This document shows, one piece after another, positions 16,740 through 33,809 of a stretch of 64,000 nucleotides of DNA; position 1 is the stretch's first letter; every line of letters begins with the position of its first letter. The notes under the pieces were generated by a model, which did no database searches, had not been told where the DNA came from, and worked only from the letters and a program-made list of their open reading frames with translations. Position numbers and translations under genes: made by a program. This DNA comes from the human T2T-CHM13v2.0 reference genome, Homo sapiens, in NCBI RefSeq assembly GCF_009914755.1, contig NC_060929.1, one strand, 5' to 3'.

Positions 16740-16965
16740 TAATATTTATTGAGTATTTACTACATGACAGGCAATATATTAAGTACATTACATACGTAAA
16801 TTCATGTCACCATCACAACAGCATTGAGGTAGATATTTTTTGCAGAAAAGGAAACTTAAACACAGAGAAGCTGAATAACTTGCCTAATATTGCAAAGCTG
16901 GTCAACAGCAGAACTAGGATAAGAAACAAAGCCATCTGGCACTAATGCCAGACCATAATCACTGT
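16740..16965 (-). mobile_element. MIR SINE
   Basis: TATTTATTGAGTATTTACT...GGAAACT...TAACTTGCCT. Confidence 0.6.
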
Positions 16966-17334
16966 ATTGTAAAATCTGTTGTTATTTTCCTATTGCATAA
17001 ACAAAGCCTTCTGTACACAAAACAACAGGGGAATGGGAAGAGTAAGGGTTATGAGAAAAAGAATCCTGCCATCCTTGTGAGATTAAAAAAAGAAGAAAAA
17101 GAATAAGACCCAGAATAGAGCAATTATTATCAAGTGCCATATTTTCATTCGGGAGGAGGGTGAGAAAATTTTATTCCCAAAGGTCCTTTGTGGTTTGGGT
17201 ATGAAATAAAATACATTCTCAGAATACTATATTCTAATTTGGAGTTTTTAAACGTATATTCTATAGATATCATGCAGTAAATGGTAGCTAGCTTATAAAA
17301 ACGTTTTTAGCCATAATACAGCCAAAAAACATCA

Positions 17335-17810
17335 CAGCTTTATAAATATTTACTGAGGACCTAGTAAGTGCCACAAATTATTCTAAGAGCTGAAGACACT
17401 ATACAAGTTAGATAAATTCCTTACTGTCCTGGAGCTTACATTCTTACAAAAGAAAAACAACATATAAACAAAATATTCTAAACACACTAAATAAGTGTAT
17501 ACAGTAACTTCAAAAAGGGAGAAATGCTCAAAAACAAAATGCACTGATGTGATAGAAAAAGGGTGAGTACAGGGATGTTACTTCAGACTGGGTAATCAGA
17601 GAGCAGACTGCTGAGAAAATGACAAATGAGCAGAAATCCAAAGGACAGGAAGACAGGCAGCAGAAAACCAGAGAAAAAAGGTTTTCAGACAGAGTCATAG
17701 CACAAAGTTGTATAATAACTATGTTCAAAAAAATGAAGAAGGCCCATCTGGCTAAAATGTAGTGAAAATAAGCACAGTTTAAGATGAAGTTGATTTGGTA
17801 GGCAGGGACT
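17335..17810 (-). mobile_element. L2 LINE fragment
   Basis: AAATATTTACTGAGGACCTAG...CTGGAGCTTACATTCT. Confidence 0.55.
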
Positions 17811-17891
17811 CAGTATTTTTTTTAATCTAATTTAATTATTCTTCCTTATATTACTTTCAATCAAGTTTAGTAGCCTCTTAAATATTTTTTT

Positions 17892-18180
17892 GCTGGGCAT
17901 GGTGGCTCACACCTGCAATCTCAGCACTTTGGGAGGCTGAGGCAGGCAGATCACTTGAGGTCAGGGGTTCAAGACCAGCCTGGCCAACATGGCGAAATCC
18001 CATCTCTACTAAGAATACAAAAATTAGCTGGGCATGGTGGCACACACTTGTAATCCCAGCTACCTGGGAGGCTGAGGCAGGGAGGATTGCTTAAACCTAG
18101 GAGAAGGAGGTTGCAGTGAGCCAAGATCGCGCCACTGCACTCCAGCCTGGGCAACAGTGCAAGACTCCACCTCAAAAAAA
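17892..18180 (+). mobile_element. AluS SINE
   Basis: Full Alu body. Confidence 0.9.
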
Positions 18181-19924
18181 TATATATCTTTGTAGTTATT
18201 TTCTAAAGCAGTATATACATTACTCAAAAATAAATGCTAAAGAGCAAAAAACGTAATCATGTTATAGTGTTCTCCATCCAAAATAAAGCATCCAATCCCA
18301 CTGGTTTTAGTGAAATGACTCAATGTTTCGACATATAGGCAGAAAACAAGAGTTATTGTGTTTGTCTACAATGCTGATATCTCTTCTCTGTCACAGGAAA
18401 TTCAGAGGGAATCCGATGGCAATAACAGAACAGCTTTTCCTTCCACACATTAGTGTGGTTAAAAGTTAATGAACTTTTAACAGGCATTTACAGGAGTTCC
18501 TAAAGATGTTTTATGGATGTACTCAAAGTATTCATAAATGAGGAGAATTTACATTTGGTTTTCTTCTAAGACAGACTAGTCAATCTTACAGAGTTCTGTG
18601 AGATAAAAATCTTTATGCCTAAAATACCACAAATGAGAATTCACAACCTAACATTAGCTAGTTAAGTTAATTGATCTTGATTGCTATTTATTTTCCACCC
18701 TTTATTCCCAATTTGAGATGCTAGTATTTCATAGCTTAAGCACATTTTGTTTTATATTAAGTTATAATAAAAGATTACACCAGAATCAAAAATAAAAACA
18801 GACCTAAAAGCTAATATATTGGTTCCTCAACTTTGATTCATGTTTACAAAAATTATTAACAAGAAATCTTATCACCACTCTTACCAGTTTTTTTTTTTTT
18901 TTTTTTTAAGGAACAAAGAAAAAAGTGTGTCTTGCTTAGTATTAATTCATTTTCTTTTAAATTCTCAAACTCTTCAACACCACATGGAAGATACCAGTCA
19001 AAGGCACACAGGCCTGATTTTAGATTTCTGGATGATCTGAAGTGTATTCTGTCCCAAACAAAGGCCTATTAGGCTACTATTCCTGCTGGTCATACATATG
19101 TCTTCTAAAAATCATGTATTTATTCAAATCAACAATTCTTATACTGTCAAGTGTAATTTTTCTAATATATTTTCTTCACAGAGGACAATGCTTTAAGATT
19201 TTTATAAAAATATGGCTCTCAACAGATACCAAACACAGCAAAGAGACAGACATAGGCACAATGTCTTTCTAATGGCTGCACTAACAGAGATGGCAATATA
19301 ATATTATTTATCTCCCAATATGATGCAGTATAAAGCACAAATGTTACCTACGACATATACTTGCCAAAAATATTTAGACTCAATCTCTACACCTAACTTT
19401 CAGTTTACAAGAAACACATGAGATAGAGGAACAAATTAAATGATACACACAAGGAAGCAATCAAATAGAAAATTGGTCTGGACTCTTCCAATAGTCAGTG
19501 TCATGGGGGATAAAAGTAGAAAACCCAAGGATGCCAAAAGACACTAAAGAGACATAATAACCAAATATAATCTGTGAACTCCTTAGATCCTGGTTTTAAA
19601 AACATGTACTGTAAAAGACATTTGGGGGAAAACAGGCAAAACCTAAACATGAACTAATATTAGATATAAAATTGTTAATTTTTGTAGGTTTGATAAAAGA
19701 TAGGTAAGATAATATCCTTATTCTTAGAAAAAACATGAGGAATTAGGAGTAGGTGTCATAATGTCTGAAACTTACTTTCAAATAGATCAGCAAAAACACC
19801 CTGTAAATATGCAATTATGTATGCCTGTGTGTGTGTATGTGTATGCATGTGTAGAAAGACAGGGATAAAGCAAATATTAAGAATTGTTGAGTCTAGATAG
19901 AGGAAATACGAGATTGTCCTATTC

Positions 19925-20296
19925 TTTTGTTTTGTTTTGGAGACAGCGTCTCACTCTGTCACCCAAGCTGGAACCCAATAGCAGAGTCACACCTCATCGT
20001 AGCCTCAACCACTGGGCTCAAGCAATCTTCCTGCCTCGGCCTCTCAAAGCACAGAAATTACAGACACAAGCCACCACACACAGCCAGAATTTTTTAAAAC
20101 TGGAACTGGAATCATACTAGATATACGATTTATTTATTTGTTTATTTATTTGACAGGGTCTCACTCTGTAGCCCAGGGTGGAGGGCAGTGGCAAGATCAT
20201 AGCTCACCGCATCCTCGAACTCCTGGGCTCAAGCGATCCTCCCACCTTGGCCTCCCAAAGTGCTGGGATTACTAGTATAAGCCACTGCACCCAGCC
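19925..20296 (-). mobile_element. Two adjacent monomeric Alu (FLAM/FRAM-like) copies
   Basis: Two ~160 bp reverse single-arm Alus (19925-20086, 20129-20296). Confidence 0.75.
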
Positions 20297-20969
20297 AGTT
20301 GTACTATTCTTTAATACAGATTTGAAATTTTTTCAAAATAAAAAAGGCCTTTTCCACCATAGATTAGAGATACCATTCTATATTTTCTTCTATTAATTAC
20401 ATAGTTTTACCTTTCACAAATTTTTAATCCCTCCAGGGTCCATCTTTGTGCATGGTATTAGATACAGACACAGTTTTATTTTCCTCTAGGTAGTAATCCA
20501 GTTTTCTCAACAGAATCTACTAAAAAATTTGTCTTTTCCCCACTGACTAATGAAAAATGATTTTTGGTCCTTCTTAAAAATCTAAGCAGAAAAAGGAGAA
20601 AAGGAATAAAAAAGTAAGAAAAAGAGGAAAGGAAAAAAGAAAAAAGAAATGGGTGCATATAGGAACAACTTAGCTAAAGAAGGGCTAAAAATAAATGAAG
20701 CTATTATCAACTTCCTGTACAGCAAGTCATATTTACTTAAGTATATAAGAAGTAAATGGCAAAGAATAACTAAATACCTATTTTTTTTTATGTATGTGCC
20801 CTCAAAGCTATTCAGGAAATGCCTAATTTACCTGATACATAATGTTATAAGCAGAAAGTTTCCAGTGATAAGACCACCTTTTACTGACCAATCACTTGAA
20901 TTACATTTTACTTAGCATTTACTCTTCTTTAGGCACAACAAAAATGATGGCAAAGCAGGGACATAATTA

Positions 20970-21033
20970 GCATCCTGAAAACTATTTTACAAACTTTCAT
21001 TGCATCCTGAAAACTATTTTACAAACTTTCATT
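20970..21033 (+). repeat. Perfect 32-bp tandem duplication
   Basis: GCATCCTGAAAACTATTTTACAAACTTTCATT twice. Confidence 0.92.
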
Positions 21034-21194
21034 TTTCAGGTGACTTTGAAACACCTTATTTCTTTGATTAATTTAGCACCTAGAATAGATTTTTAAACAT
21101 GAATTTATCAAATTCATAACTCTTCATCCCATTACGGACAGTGAGCTAGAAAATGTAAGCTCTTCTCCATAAAAAAAAATCTTTAAATACATAC

Positions 21195-21415
21195 CTTTTA
21201 TTTTCAGCCAAACTGGCTCCTTCATCCTTCAGCTGTTTACTTTTCTCAGCACAGCCTTCAAGAAGAATTTCTTTCCTACGTTTAATGGCATGAAGCCAGT
21301 TCCCTTCATCGTTGTCAACTACATCCTTCTCATCAGCAGCTTCAGCTTCAAACTGCTGGGAAGTGACCTTTGAGACCTTCTCACCAATTTTCCTCTTCCA
21401 CCCAAAGGAAGCCAT
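21195..21415 (-). CDS. TTC33: TTC33 exon 2 coding part (start codon; MASFGWKRKIGEKVSKVTSQQFEAEAADEKD...SLAENK(R))
   Basis: ccag|A ATG GCT acceptor at 21416, AAAAG|gtatgt donor; recognised TTC33 N-terminus. Confidence 0.95.
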
Positions 21416-21458
21416 TCTGGAAAATTACAAAGAAACAGCTTTAAAATTCTAACTTGAT

Positions 21459-21755
21459 CTTTTTTTTTTTTTGAGATGGAGTCTCACTCTCGTTGCCCAG
21501 GCTGGAGTACGATGGCACGACCTCGGCTCACCGTAACCTCCGCCTCCCGGGTTAAGTGATTCTCCTGCCTCAGCCTCCCGAATAGCTGGGATTACACTCA
21601 TGCACCACCCACACCGGCTAATTTTTGTATTTTTACTAGAGACGGGGTTTCTCCATGTTGGTCAGGCTGGTCTCAAACTCCCGACCTCAGGTGATCTGCC
21701 CATCTCGGTCTCCCAAAGTGCTGGGATTACAAGCATGAGCCACCACGCCCGGCCC
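21459..21755 (-). mobile_element. AluS (Sp/Sq-like) SINE
   Basis: Reverse Alu ~40 bp from the exon 2 acceptor. Confidence 0.9.
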
Positions 21756-22226
21756 AAAACTTGGTCTTTTATGGAAGTATTCCAACCCATAGGTAAAGAG
21801 GAAATAACAGGATTAGACTATCACCATTTTTCAACCCTAATTAGTGGCTGTAGGCAATAATCATCAATGGCCACTAACATCACTAAGAAAGACAACTGGA
21901 CATCACACACCTCCTGATGGAAGTAGCATGTCACTCATGAAGTAAGTACTCCTACAAAAATTAACCCTGAGTCAGATCAGGCCTCTACCTATAAGAAATA
22001 CAGGATAAAGTGAAGCATGCTCAATAACACATCAGAGATGCAGATAGCAAAAAACAGAAACTAAAGGAAAATAAAGCTGGTTTCTTCAAGAAATAAACTG
22101 CCAGGAAAGAAAGAAGAGAAAGAACAAGGTAACCCCTAAATTAAGAGAGACTTAAGAGACATACTAACCAACATAACATGTGGATCTTGTTTCACTCCTG
22201 ATTCAAAAAAGCCAATGAGAAGAAAA

Positions 22227-22917
<691 letters not shown>

Positions 22918-23248
22918 TGATAATGGTATTGTAATTATGCTTACAAAAGGAACCCCTAGGTTTTAGAAATATAAACTGAAATATTTCATATAAAATTATA
23001 AGACATCTAGGAATTGTTTTAAAGCAATCAGTGGAGGTTGGGAGTGCAATGCAAGAGAAAATATACATGAAATTAGATTGCTTTTAATTGATAACTAATG
23101 AAGTTGAATGATGAGTACATAGTGTTCATTGTACTTTTTCCTTTCATATGTGTTAAAATTTTCCATAATAAAAAGGTTTTAAAAGATTCAAACTTGGTAA
23201 ACGACTTAACTCACAAAATTATTGGGTAAATTTTAAAATAACAGATGC

Positions 23249-23515
23249 TGGCCGGGCACGGTAGCTCACGTCTGTAATCCTAGCACTTTGGGAGGCCAAG
23301 GCCAGTGGATCATTTGAGGTCAGGAGTTTAAGACCAGCCTGGCCAAACCCCATCTCTACTAAAAATACAAAAATTAGCCAGGCGTGGTGGTACATGCCTG
23401 TAATCCCAGCTACTCAGGAGACTGAGGCAAGAGAATTGCTTGAACCCGGGAGGCGGAGGTTGCAGTGAGCCTGGGCAACAGAGCAAAACTCCATCTCAAA
23501 AAATAAATAAATAAC
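23249..23515 (+). mobile_element. AluS SINE with internal deletions
   Basis: GGCCGGGCACGG start; GCAGTGAGCC joined directly to TGGGCAACAGAG. Confidence 0.88.
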
Positions 23516-24206
23516 AAATGCTGAACTTTTCAGTAAATCTGCAATGATATACAAATGTAAGAAATAAAGAGAGGATAAATGATAAAACAAAGTTAACAGA
23601 AATCCTGAAATAATTCAACAAATATTTATTTAGAGAAGAGATTAACTGAGGGATCCAAAAATTTACTAGTTGTATAGATGGTCTTCAAGATACTAAGAAA
23701 CACTGGGAACTGTATATAAATTGTACAAAATTCTTTATATCTGTGTACATTTTGGAGAATAGTGTTTAAGCTTTCATTCCATTCTTAAAGGAGTCTATAA
23801 CCACAAGGAGATTTTGATCAAATGATCAACTAGAGAAACAGAGAAAAAAAGCAATGAACCAAAAAACATAAAGAAAAGAAAAGCAACGAATCAGAGGGCT
23901 TTATGAAACTACCAAAGAATGGGCACTGTGGGAGTATGGGAGGGAGAGAAATGAAATACTGCATAAGTTCGAGCAGGTTTCAAGGTCTTCATTACTGATG
24001 CACATGGCTGAAGTGATGTATAAGTACAGGCCTATCTCAGAGTTGTTGCACGGTCAGTTCCAGACCACTGCAATAAAGTGAATAATACTAAAAAGTGGGT
24101 CACACAAATGCTTTGGTCTCCCTATGCATATAAAAGTTATGTTTACACTATACTATAGTCTAATTAAGTGTTATAGCATCATATCTTTAAAAATGTACAT
24201 GCCTTG

Positions 24207-24513
<307 letters not shown>

Positions 24514-24684
24514 TTAAAAATATTTTATTGCTAAGAAACGCCAATGATCATCTGAACCTTCAGCAAGTCCTAATCTTTTTACTGATGGAGAGTTTTTCCT
24601 CAATGTTGATGGCTGTTGACTGATCAGGGTGGTGGTTACTGAAGGCTGGTGGCTGTGACAATTTTTTAAAATAAGACAACAGCG

Positions 24685-24980
24685 GTCAGGCATGTTGGCT
24701 CACGCCTGTAATCCTAGCGCTTTGTGAGGCTAAGGCAGGTAGAGGGCTTGAGCCCAGGAGTTTGAGACCAGCGAAATCTCATCTCTACAAAAAATTTTTA
24801 AAAACTATCCAGGCGTGGTGGTACACATCTGTAGTCCCACCTACTCAGGAGACAGAGGCAGGAGGATCACCTGAGCCCAGGAGGTTAAGGCTGCAGTGAG
24901 CCATGACCATGCCACCGAACTCCACCCTGGCACCCTGGGTGACAGGATAAGACTTTGTCTCCAAAAAAAAAACAACAACA
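24685..24980 (+). mobile_element. AluJ inside Tigger1
   Basis: Diverged Alu. Confidence 0.85.
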
Positions 24981-26072
24981 ATGAAGTTTGCTGCATCGAC
25001 TGATTCTCCCTTTCACAAAAAATTTTTCTGTAGCATGCAGTCCTATTTGGTAGCATTTTACCCACAGCAGAACTTCTTTCAAAATTAGAGTCGATACTGT
25101 CAAACTCTGCCACTGCTTTATCAACTAAGTTTATATAATGTACTCTAAGTCCTTTGTTGTCATTTCAACCATGTTAACAGCATCTTCACCAGGCGTAGAT
25201 TCCATCTCAAGAAACCACTTTCTTTGTTCATCCCTAAGAAGCAACTCCTCATCCTTTCAAATTTTATCATGAGATTGCAGGAATTCAGTCACATCTTCAG
25301 GCTCCACTTCTAATTTGAGTTATCTTACTATTTCCACCACATCTGCAGTTATTTCCTCCACTGAAGTCTTGAACCCCTCAAAGTTATCCATGAAGGTTGT
25401 AATCAACTTCTTCCAAATTCCTGTTAATGTTGATATTTTGACCACCTCCCATGAATCACAAATATTCCTAATGGTTATCTAGAATTAGAATCCTTTCCAG
25501 AAAGTTTTCAATTGACTTTGTCCAAATGAATCAGAAGAATCACTATCTATGGCAGCTATAGCCTTACAAAATGTATTTCTTCAATAGTAAGACTTGAAAG
25601 TGAAAATTGCTCCTTGATCCATGGGCTGAGGAAAAGATGCTGTTGTTAATAGGCATGAAAACAACATTAATCTTGTACATCTCCATCAGAACTCTTGGAT
25701 GACAGGGTGCACTGTCAATGAGCAGTAAAATTTTGAAAGGAATCTTTTCTTCATGAGCAGGTCTCAATAGTGGGCTTAAAATATTCAGTAAACCATGCTG
25801 TAAACAGATGTGCCATCATCCAGGCTTTGTTGTTCCATTTATAGAACACAGGCAAAGTACATTTAGCATAATTCTCAAGGGCAACAGGATTTTGAGAACG
25901 GTAAATAGACATTGGCTTCAATTTAAAGTTCCCAGCTACATTAGCCCTCACAAAGGAGTGAGCCTGTCTTCTGATGCTTTAAAGCCAAGCATTGACTTCT
26001 CTGCAGCTATGAAAGTCCTGGAGAGTATCTTCTTCCAATAGAAACCTGTGTCATCCACATTGAAAATCTTAT

Positions 26073-26406
<334 letters not shown>

Positions 26407-27371
26407 TTATCTTAGCTAGATCTTTTCTGGATAACATCAGCATTTGCTGCTTTACTTTGCACTTTCATGTTATGAAAATGGCTTCTTAAACCTCACAAAC
26501 GAACCTCTAGCAGTTTCAAACTTTACTTTGGCAGCTTCTTCACCTCTCTCAGCATTCACAGAATTGAAGAGAGTTAGAAACTTGCTCTAAATGAGGCTCC
26601 TGCTTAAGGGAATATTGTGGCTGGTTTGATCTATCTAGACCATTCAAAGCTTCTCCATATTAGCAATAAAGCGGTTTTTGCTTTCTTATCATTTGTGTGT
26701 TTACTGAAGTAGCACTTTCAATTTCATTGAAGAACTTTTCCTTTGCATTCACCACTTGGCTGTTTGGTGCAAGAGGCCTAGCTTTCAGCCTGTATTGGCT
26801 TTCAACAGGTCTTCCTAAAATCATTTCTGGCTTTTGATTTAAAATGAGAGATGTGTAACTCTTCCTTTCACTTGGACACTTAGAGGGCATTGTAGGATTA
26901 ACTGGCCTAATTTCAATATTGCTGTGTCTCAGGAAATAGGGAGACCCAAGGAGAAGAAGAGAGATGGGAATAGCCAGTTGGTGGTACAGCATTCAAAACA
27001 CACATTTATTGATTAAGTTCACCATCTCATATGGGCATGGTTCATGGCAACCCAAAACGATTACAATTGTTAACACCAAAGATCATCGATTACAGATCAC
27101 CATAACAGATATAGTAATAATTAAAACATCTGAAATATTTCAAGAATTACCAAAATGTAGCACAGAGACACTAAGTGCACACATGCTATTGGACAAATAG
27201 CACGAAAAGACTTGCTGGACACAGGGTTACTGAGCACTTGCAATGTGCAAAAACGCAGTATCTATGAAGTGTGATAAAGTGAAGCACAATAAAATGATCC
27301 CTGTAATCACTAGAAGGAAGGTGAGAAAAAAAGTGAGGGTGGCTATGAGGTCATTCACATGGAAAGACCTA

Positions 27372-27878
<507 letters not shown>

Positions 27879-29779
27879 TTATAAACTGTGCTGGGGAATA
27901 AGGACAATGCAAACTCTCTCCCCAGGCCGATCATATTATAGGAGAATGAGTTTCCCATGTTTGAAGATGACTATGAGTATTGTAGGGGAAGATGGCTGAA
28001 AACAGAAGTGTGGATACTATGGAACAGAAGTTAAAAGGCACACAGTGAGGACAACCTGAGAAAATACAGATCATTAGGAAAGACTCACAAGATATCAGTG
28101 TAAGACAAGATAAAAAGAAGTCTTGTATTTATGATTATCCCTAATGGTAACAAGAATGATGACCACGTTTTCCGGTTTCAAGATTCCAAATGAAACTTTC
28201 TTTATTCATAAGGTGAGGCACCAGGCACTGTGGGAACCCTACTCATACTAAAGGACACCTAGTGTGTTTACTGGAGGTAAATTACAATAAAAATCATTGA
28301 TCAAAAGAAAAAAAAGTAAAAAAAAAAACCGTTGATCAGATCTGTAGATTACATGAGGGGCTGTGATAGGGTGGGAAGGAAAGGAAAAAGTGAGAAACAG
28401 ACCCACACATCTTTTAAAATTAATAGGTCATTCAGATTCCAATTACCCTCCCCATCTTCCAACCCAAACCACTGTTATAAATGCTGGGGACAAGTATAAG
28501 TTATGGCCCAAGGTGGTGGCTCTCAACCATATGTGAAAAAACCACGCCACTATTGCCTCAGGTGTTTGAGCCATTCTCCTCCACAGATCCCTTGAGACCT
28601 AGAGATCAGGGGCTGCAGAGGTCAGGACAGACTGAGGTTATGAGGGTGTGGGAGGCCTGATGCCACTAGCAATCGACAAGTTTAACCTGAAAGAGGGAGA
28701 CAAAAATACAGTCCTCTCAGACAAAAAAAGGAGTTAATATTGAGTGAAACATACAGGCAAGTTCAGGGATGGAGGGAAAGGAAAATGAGGAATTTCATGC
28801 CCCAAGCTTCACATTTCTCCAGCAAACAGCGGCTAGTCATCTGCTCAAAGTAAAAGGAAAATAACAGATCTGAGTTCTTGAGAAAAAGGGAAAAGACTAA
28901 AATAGTCACTGTGGAGATAAGGAAAAGCAACAAAGGAAAAATAGAGATACCAAACAGTAGTATCAAGGGCCCACTACTGTGTAAAAGCATGAATCTGTTA
29001 TCAAGGCCATTAGCAAAGTTTTATATTTTCTTCAAAAGTGTCTGGAAACCACAGAGTACAGTCAATTTCATACACGATATGTGCTACAAGAGAGTAAACA
29101 AAGGATGCCATGACATCAGAGAAGAGACACTTGAGGCTTTCTGGAGGACTTAAGCTTTGAAGAAAACTTAGCCAGGCTTAAAAAGGTATGTGAATCCTAG
29201 AGCATGCAAAGCACTTTCTGCATTAGAAAATTTAACATTCCCAGTTGTTTCAGATATCTTAAGCCGAACGAGTTTATTGTTCCTCTATGACTATCTGAAC
29301 ATGAAATTAAAACTTCTTATGAAGGAGGCTTTCCTGAGTCTAGTTAGAAGCACGAGGCTTCAACATCCTAGACTTAACATTTTTTTACCAGAGTAAGAAA
29401 CCATGAGAGTAAACCACAATCCACACCGGTTTCATGTTAAACTCATGAAACCAGACAAATTCAACCTTTTATATAGGATTATATTTCAGGAATGGCATAA
29501 CGATTCTAAACAACGACGCTGTATTCTAAATTCCTGTACTGTTACAAAGATCCCTATAGTAGGCGCTCAACAACTGTCGACGGCTTCACATTTACCCAGC
29601 CGCCAGAGAGGGCTTGTCTTGAGTGTGTCTGAGGATGCAGCACCCAAAGGGAAAAACCACTACATGAACAAGATCAGGAAATCACAACAGCATCCTTCTG
29701 GGTAAAAGGAGGTATTCAGAGGTGAGGAATCCAAGAAACGATTTACCCAAAAACGCCACCGCAAGAGAAAAACCAGTAT

Positions 29780-30760
29780 TAGTGACTTTCCCTTCATCGG
29801 TCAACAATAATAAAAACGCTCAGAAAGGCTGCCCCGGACGTCACCTGCGCGTTCACGGACCGCCTCGGGCCGCAGACACCTCTCCAGCGGGGAGCGGCCG
29901 GCTCGTCCCGCCCGTCCCACCGCTCAGGGAAGGTTGCGGCCGCGCAGCTCCGCGAAGGTGCCACGGCGGGCCCGACCCTCAGACTCGCTTGTCCCTGGAG
30001 ACCAACCCTAGCGACCAGGCTCTGCCGGATCCCGTCGGGTTTCAACTCCTATTCCGAAGGTCCTTTCTCCCCTAATCACAACACCCACTCGCCTCTTTTT
30101 CCTCCTCTTCCTCAGCTTCCACCGCCGACCGGGCAGCCCCAGTTACCCGATAACGGCTCCCAAGGCCCCGTGTTTACATTCTTTCCCACTGGAAGCAGAA
30201 ATTATCACGCCCAAATTCCTACCTGCCTTCCCTGGATTCCTGGTTTCCTAAGAAACGGGTTTGGCCCACCCCTGGGCGTTCGAACAGTCCACAGAAGCGG
30301 GCAAAGGAAAGACGACTCAGTCTTTCCCCTCCGCCAATCTCTTCTCCGGGACCACAAATCCCAGAAGTCACCGCGGCCGCCCCCACTGCATGACCTTCTG
30401 GGATTTGTAGTAGTCAGGGCCACGCGGCTGGGCGCGCCCTCTAGCAGCAGCCCTGAGTGACCGCAGCGCACGAGCGCGGGAAAATGAGGCTGCGCGGGCT
30501 GAAGAGCGCACCGAGAGGAGCCGCCCCCGCGGTACCGCGCAGCCTCGCGTCCCGTCAGTGGGGAACAAGGTGAGGGGAAAACTTATTTTACGGGATTCAA
30601 AGGATTAGGATATGCTCCTTCCCCGAAGGGGTTTATAGCCTAGCTGATGAGGTCGGCCAGACGCAGAGAACAGAGAGGCAAAATTCGGTTATAAAGGGCT
30701 CGAGGCGGCCGGGCGGGGAGGCTAGTCAGGGAGGCTCGAGGCTGAACTGCAGGCTTCACG
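29780..30760. promoter_or_regulatory. TTC33: CpG island / TTC33 promoter with ZNF143-type motifs, GC box, CCAAT and CRE-like site
   Basis: Abrupt GC- and CpG-rich tract; ACTACAAATCCCAG on minus (30398-30411), GGCCGCCCC, CCAAT 30334-30338, GACGTCA near 29837-29843. Confidence 0.88.
30223..30361 (-). other. TTC33: TTC33 non-coding exon 1 (5' end approximate)
   Basis: GGCAG|gtagga donor inside the CpG island; no ATG in this segment; TSS inferred near the ZNF143-type motifs. Confidence 0.7.
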
Positions 30761-30916
30761 TTAAAGTTACAAGTGAGTTGGACCCAGAAGGCAGAATTAC
30801 AGCCTGAACGTAGCTGTGCATCATGTCTTGAAAATAAACGAGCACATGTAATAAAGGTAATCAAGATTGTTAATTTCTCCAACTCTCCTGCCCAAAAGAC
30901 TCATTTTTGGAAGTCA

Positions 30917-31131
30917 TACTTTCTCAGCCTCAGCACCATTAACATTTCAAACTGGATAATGCTTTGTTGGGGGACGGAGTGTTCTGTGCATTGTAGGGTG
31001 CTTAGCAGCATCTCTGGTCTCTGTCCACGGGATGTCACCACCAGTCGATTGTGACAGCCAATGGTTTCCCCAGTGAAATTTCCCCTGGAAGAAAAACTAT
31101 CCCTCCCACCCTGCCCCGTTGAGAACCACTG
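30917..31131. mobile_element. MER20 hAT-Charlie MITE
   Basis: TTTCTCAGCCTCAGCACCATTAACATT...TGTGCATTGTAGG...GTTGAGAACCACTG. Confidence 0.8.
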
Positions 31132-31149
31132 ATGTCGACCAACGATTGT

Positions 31150-32250
<1,101 letters not shown>

Positions 32251-33375
32251 CGGTAGCCAGCCTCCAAGATGGCATTCACTCCTGGCATTCACATCCTTAT
32301 GCACTGCCTTCCTATATTGTACCACGGTTGGTCTGTGTTACCTACAGAAGAGGGCAGAAGTGACCGTTTATCACTTCCGATATTAATTATGAAAGACACT
32401 AAGATGGTGGCAATGTTTCTTAATCTGCCTAGAGGTTTACATGGTCATGTTTCCTGTGTACCTGAAATACTGAAAACTCATTAAGCCAAATACTCATTTG
32501 TGCACTTTTCTGTATATATGTCTATGAAAGTCTTAAATAAGAAAACATGTACCTCCCTAACAAGACATGCAGAGGGAAGATTTATCTTATGGTCACATTC
32601 ATAGTGTCATTAGTTCATAGTAGCCAATAAGAAGGAATAGAGGTTGCAGAGTGAGTAAATGGTACTTGAAGCTGTGCCCCCTACCTAGGGGTCTTTGCTA
32701 AATCTCTCAAGTAACCTAACCCTGATCTCCTCTACTGTGTTTAAGGGTAGCTCCCACTAAGTTTTTATACTTCACCCACTACTTCTCTACTAACTCTGAC
32801 TGGTCTATGATCTTGATTCACCTAATATATTTAATATATGTCTTATGCTGTCTTTTTAAGACAACATGATCATTTTCCAAAATCCTTTAAATTTATCATA
32901 ATTTATTGGCATTTACAGTAAATAGTTTATTTACAATAAATAAAAGAGTTCAAAAATTCTGATTTTTCAAACAAGAATTTCTTGGACAATTCTTGTACAG
33001 CCAAGGTAAATACCTACAGCAATTTATACATTCCCTAAAAAAACCTTATATACTACTCATAGCACTCTTTAGCAGTTTTCTTTTGTTGTTTTAAAGATAA
33101 CAGAGTGTCAACAATCTAGCACAAGCCCCTGCCTAATCATGTCATATGGATACAATATTTAATATTAATTGAATTCTAACAGTAGTAGGATTCTAACCAA
33201 ATCAAGTGTTAGCAACTGATAAATGGCAGTTGCTTTGGCTTTTATTGTATCTATCATGTTTTATTCAAGTGGTTGGTTTTTAGATGAAATCAAGACTCAT
33301 GTAGTCGAGATAAAAATCACAATGTTTGACAATTTAAATGTGGCCAGGCACTATATTTTATATTTCTAGGTACTT

Positions 33376-33688
<313 letters not shown>

Positions 33689-33803
33689 GGTACATTGTTA
33701 GAAAGAAAGGTGCACAGATACTTAGTTTTTTTTTTTTCCACTGAGTTTTCCCAGAGGTTAAAAAACATAAGTACATTGTAACAGATGATAAATGGAGTTT
33801 TTC

Positions 33804-33809
33804 TTTATT
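33804..33809 (-). terminator. PRKAA1: Polyadenylation signal AATAAA (PRKAA1)
   Basis: TTTATT on plus; GU/U-rich element downstream on minus (ATGTACTTATGTTTTTT). Confidence 0.65.

Noticed and set aside
29722-30568. Several overlapping GC-rich ORFs on both strands
   Set aside because: Expected stop-codon depletion in a CpG island; no recognisable protein
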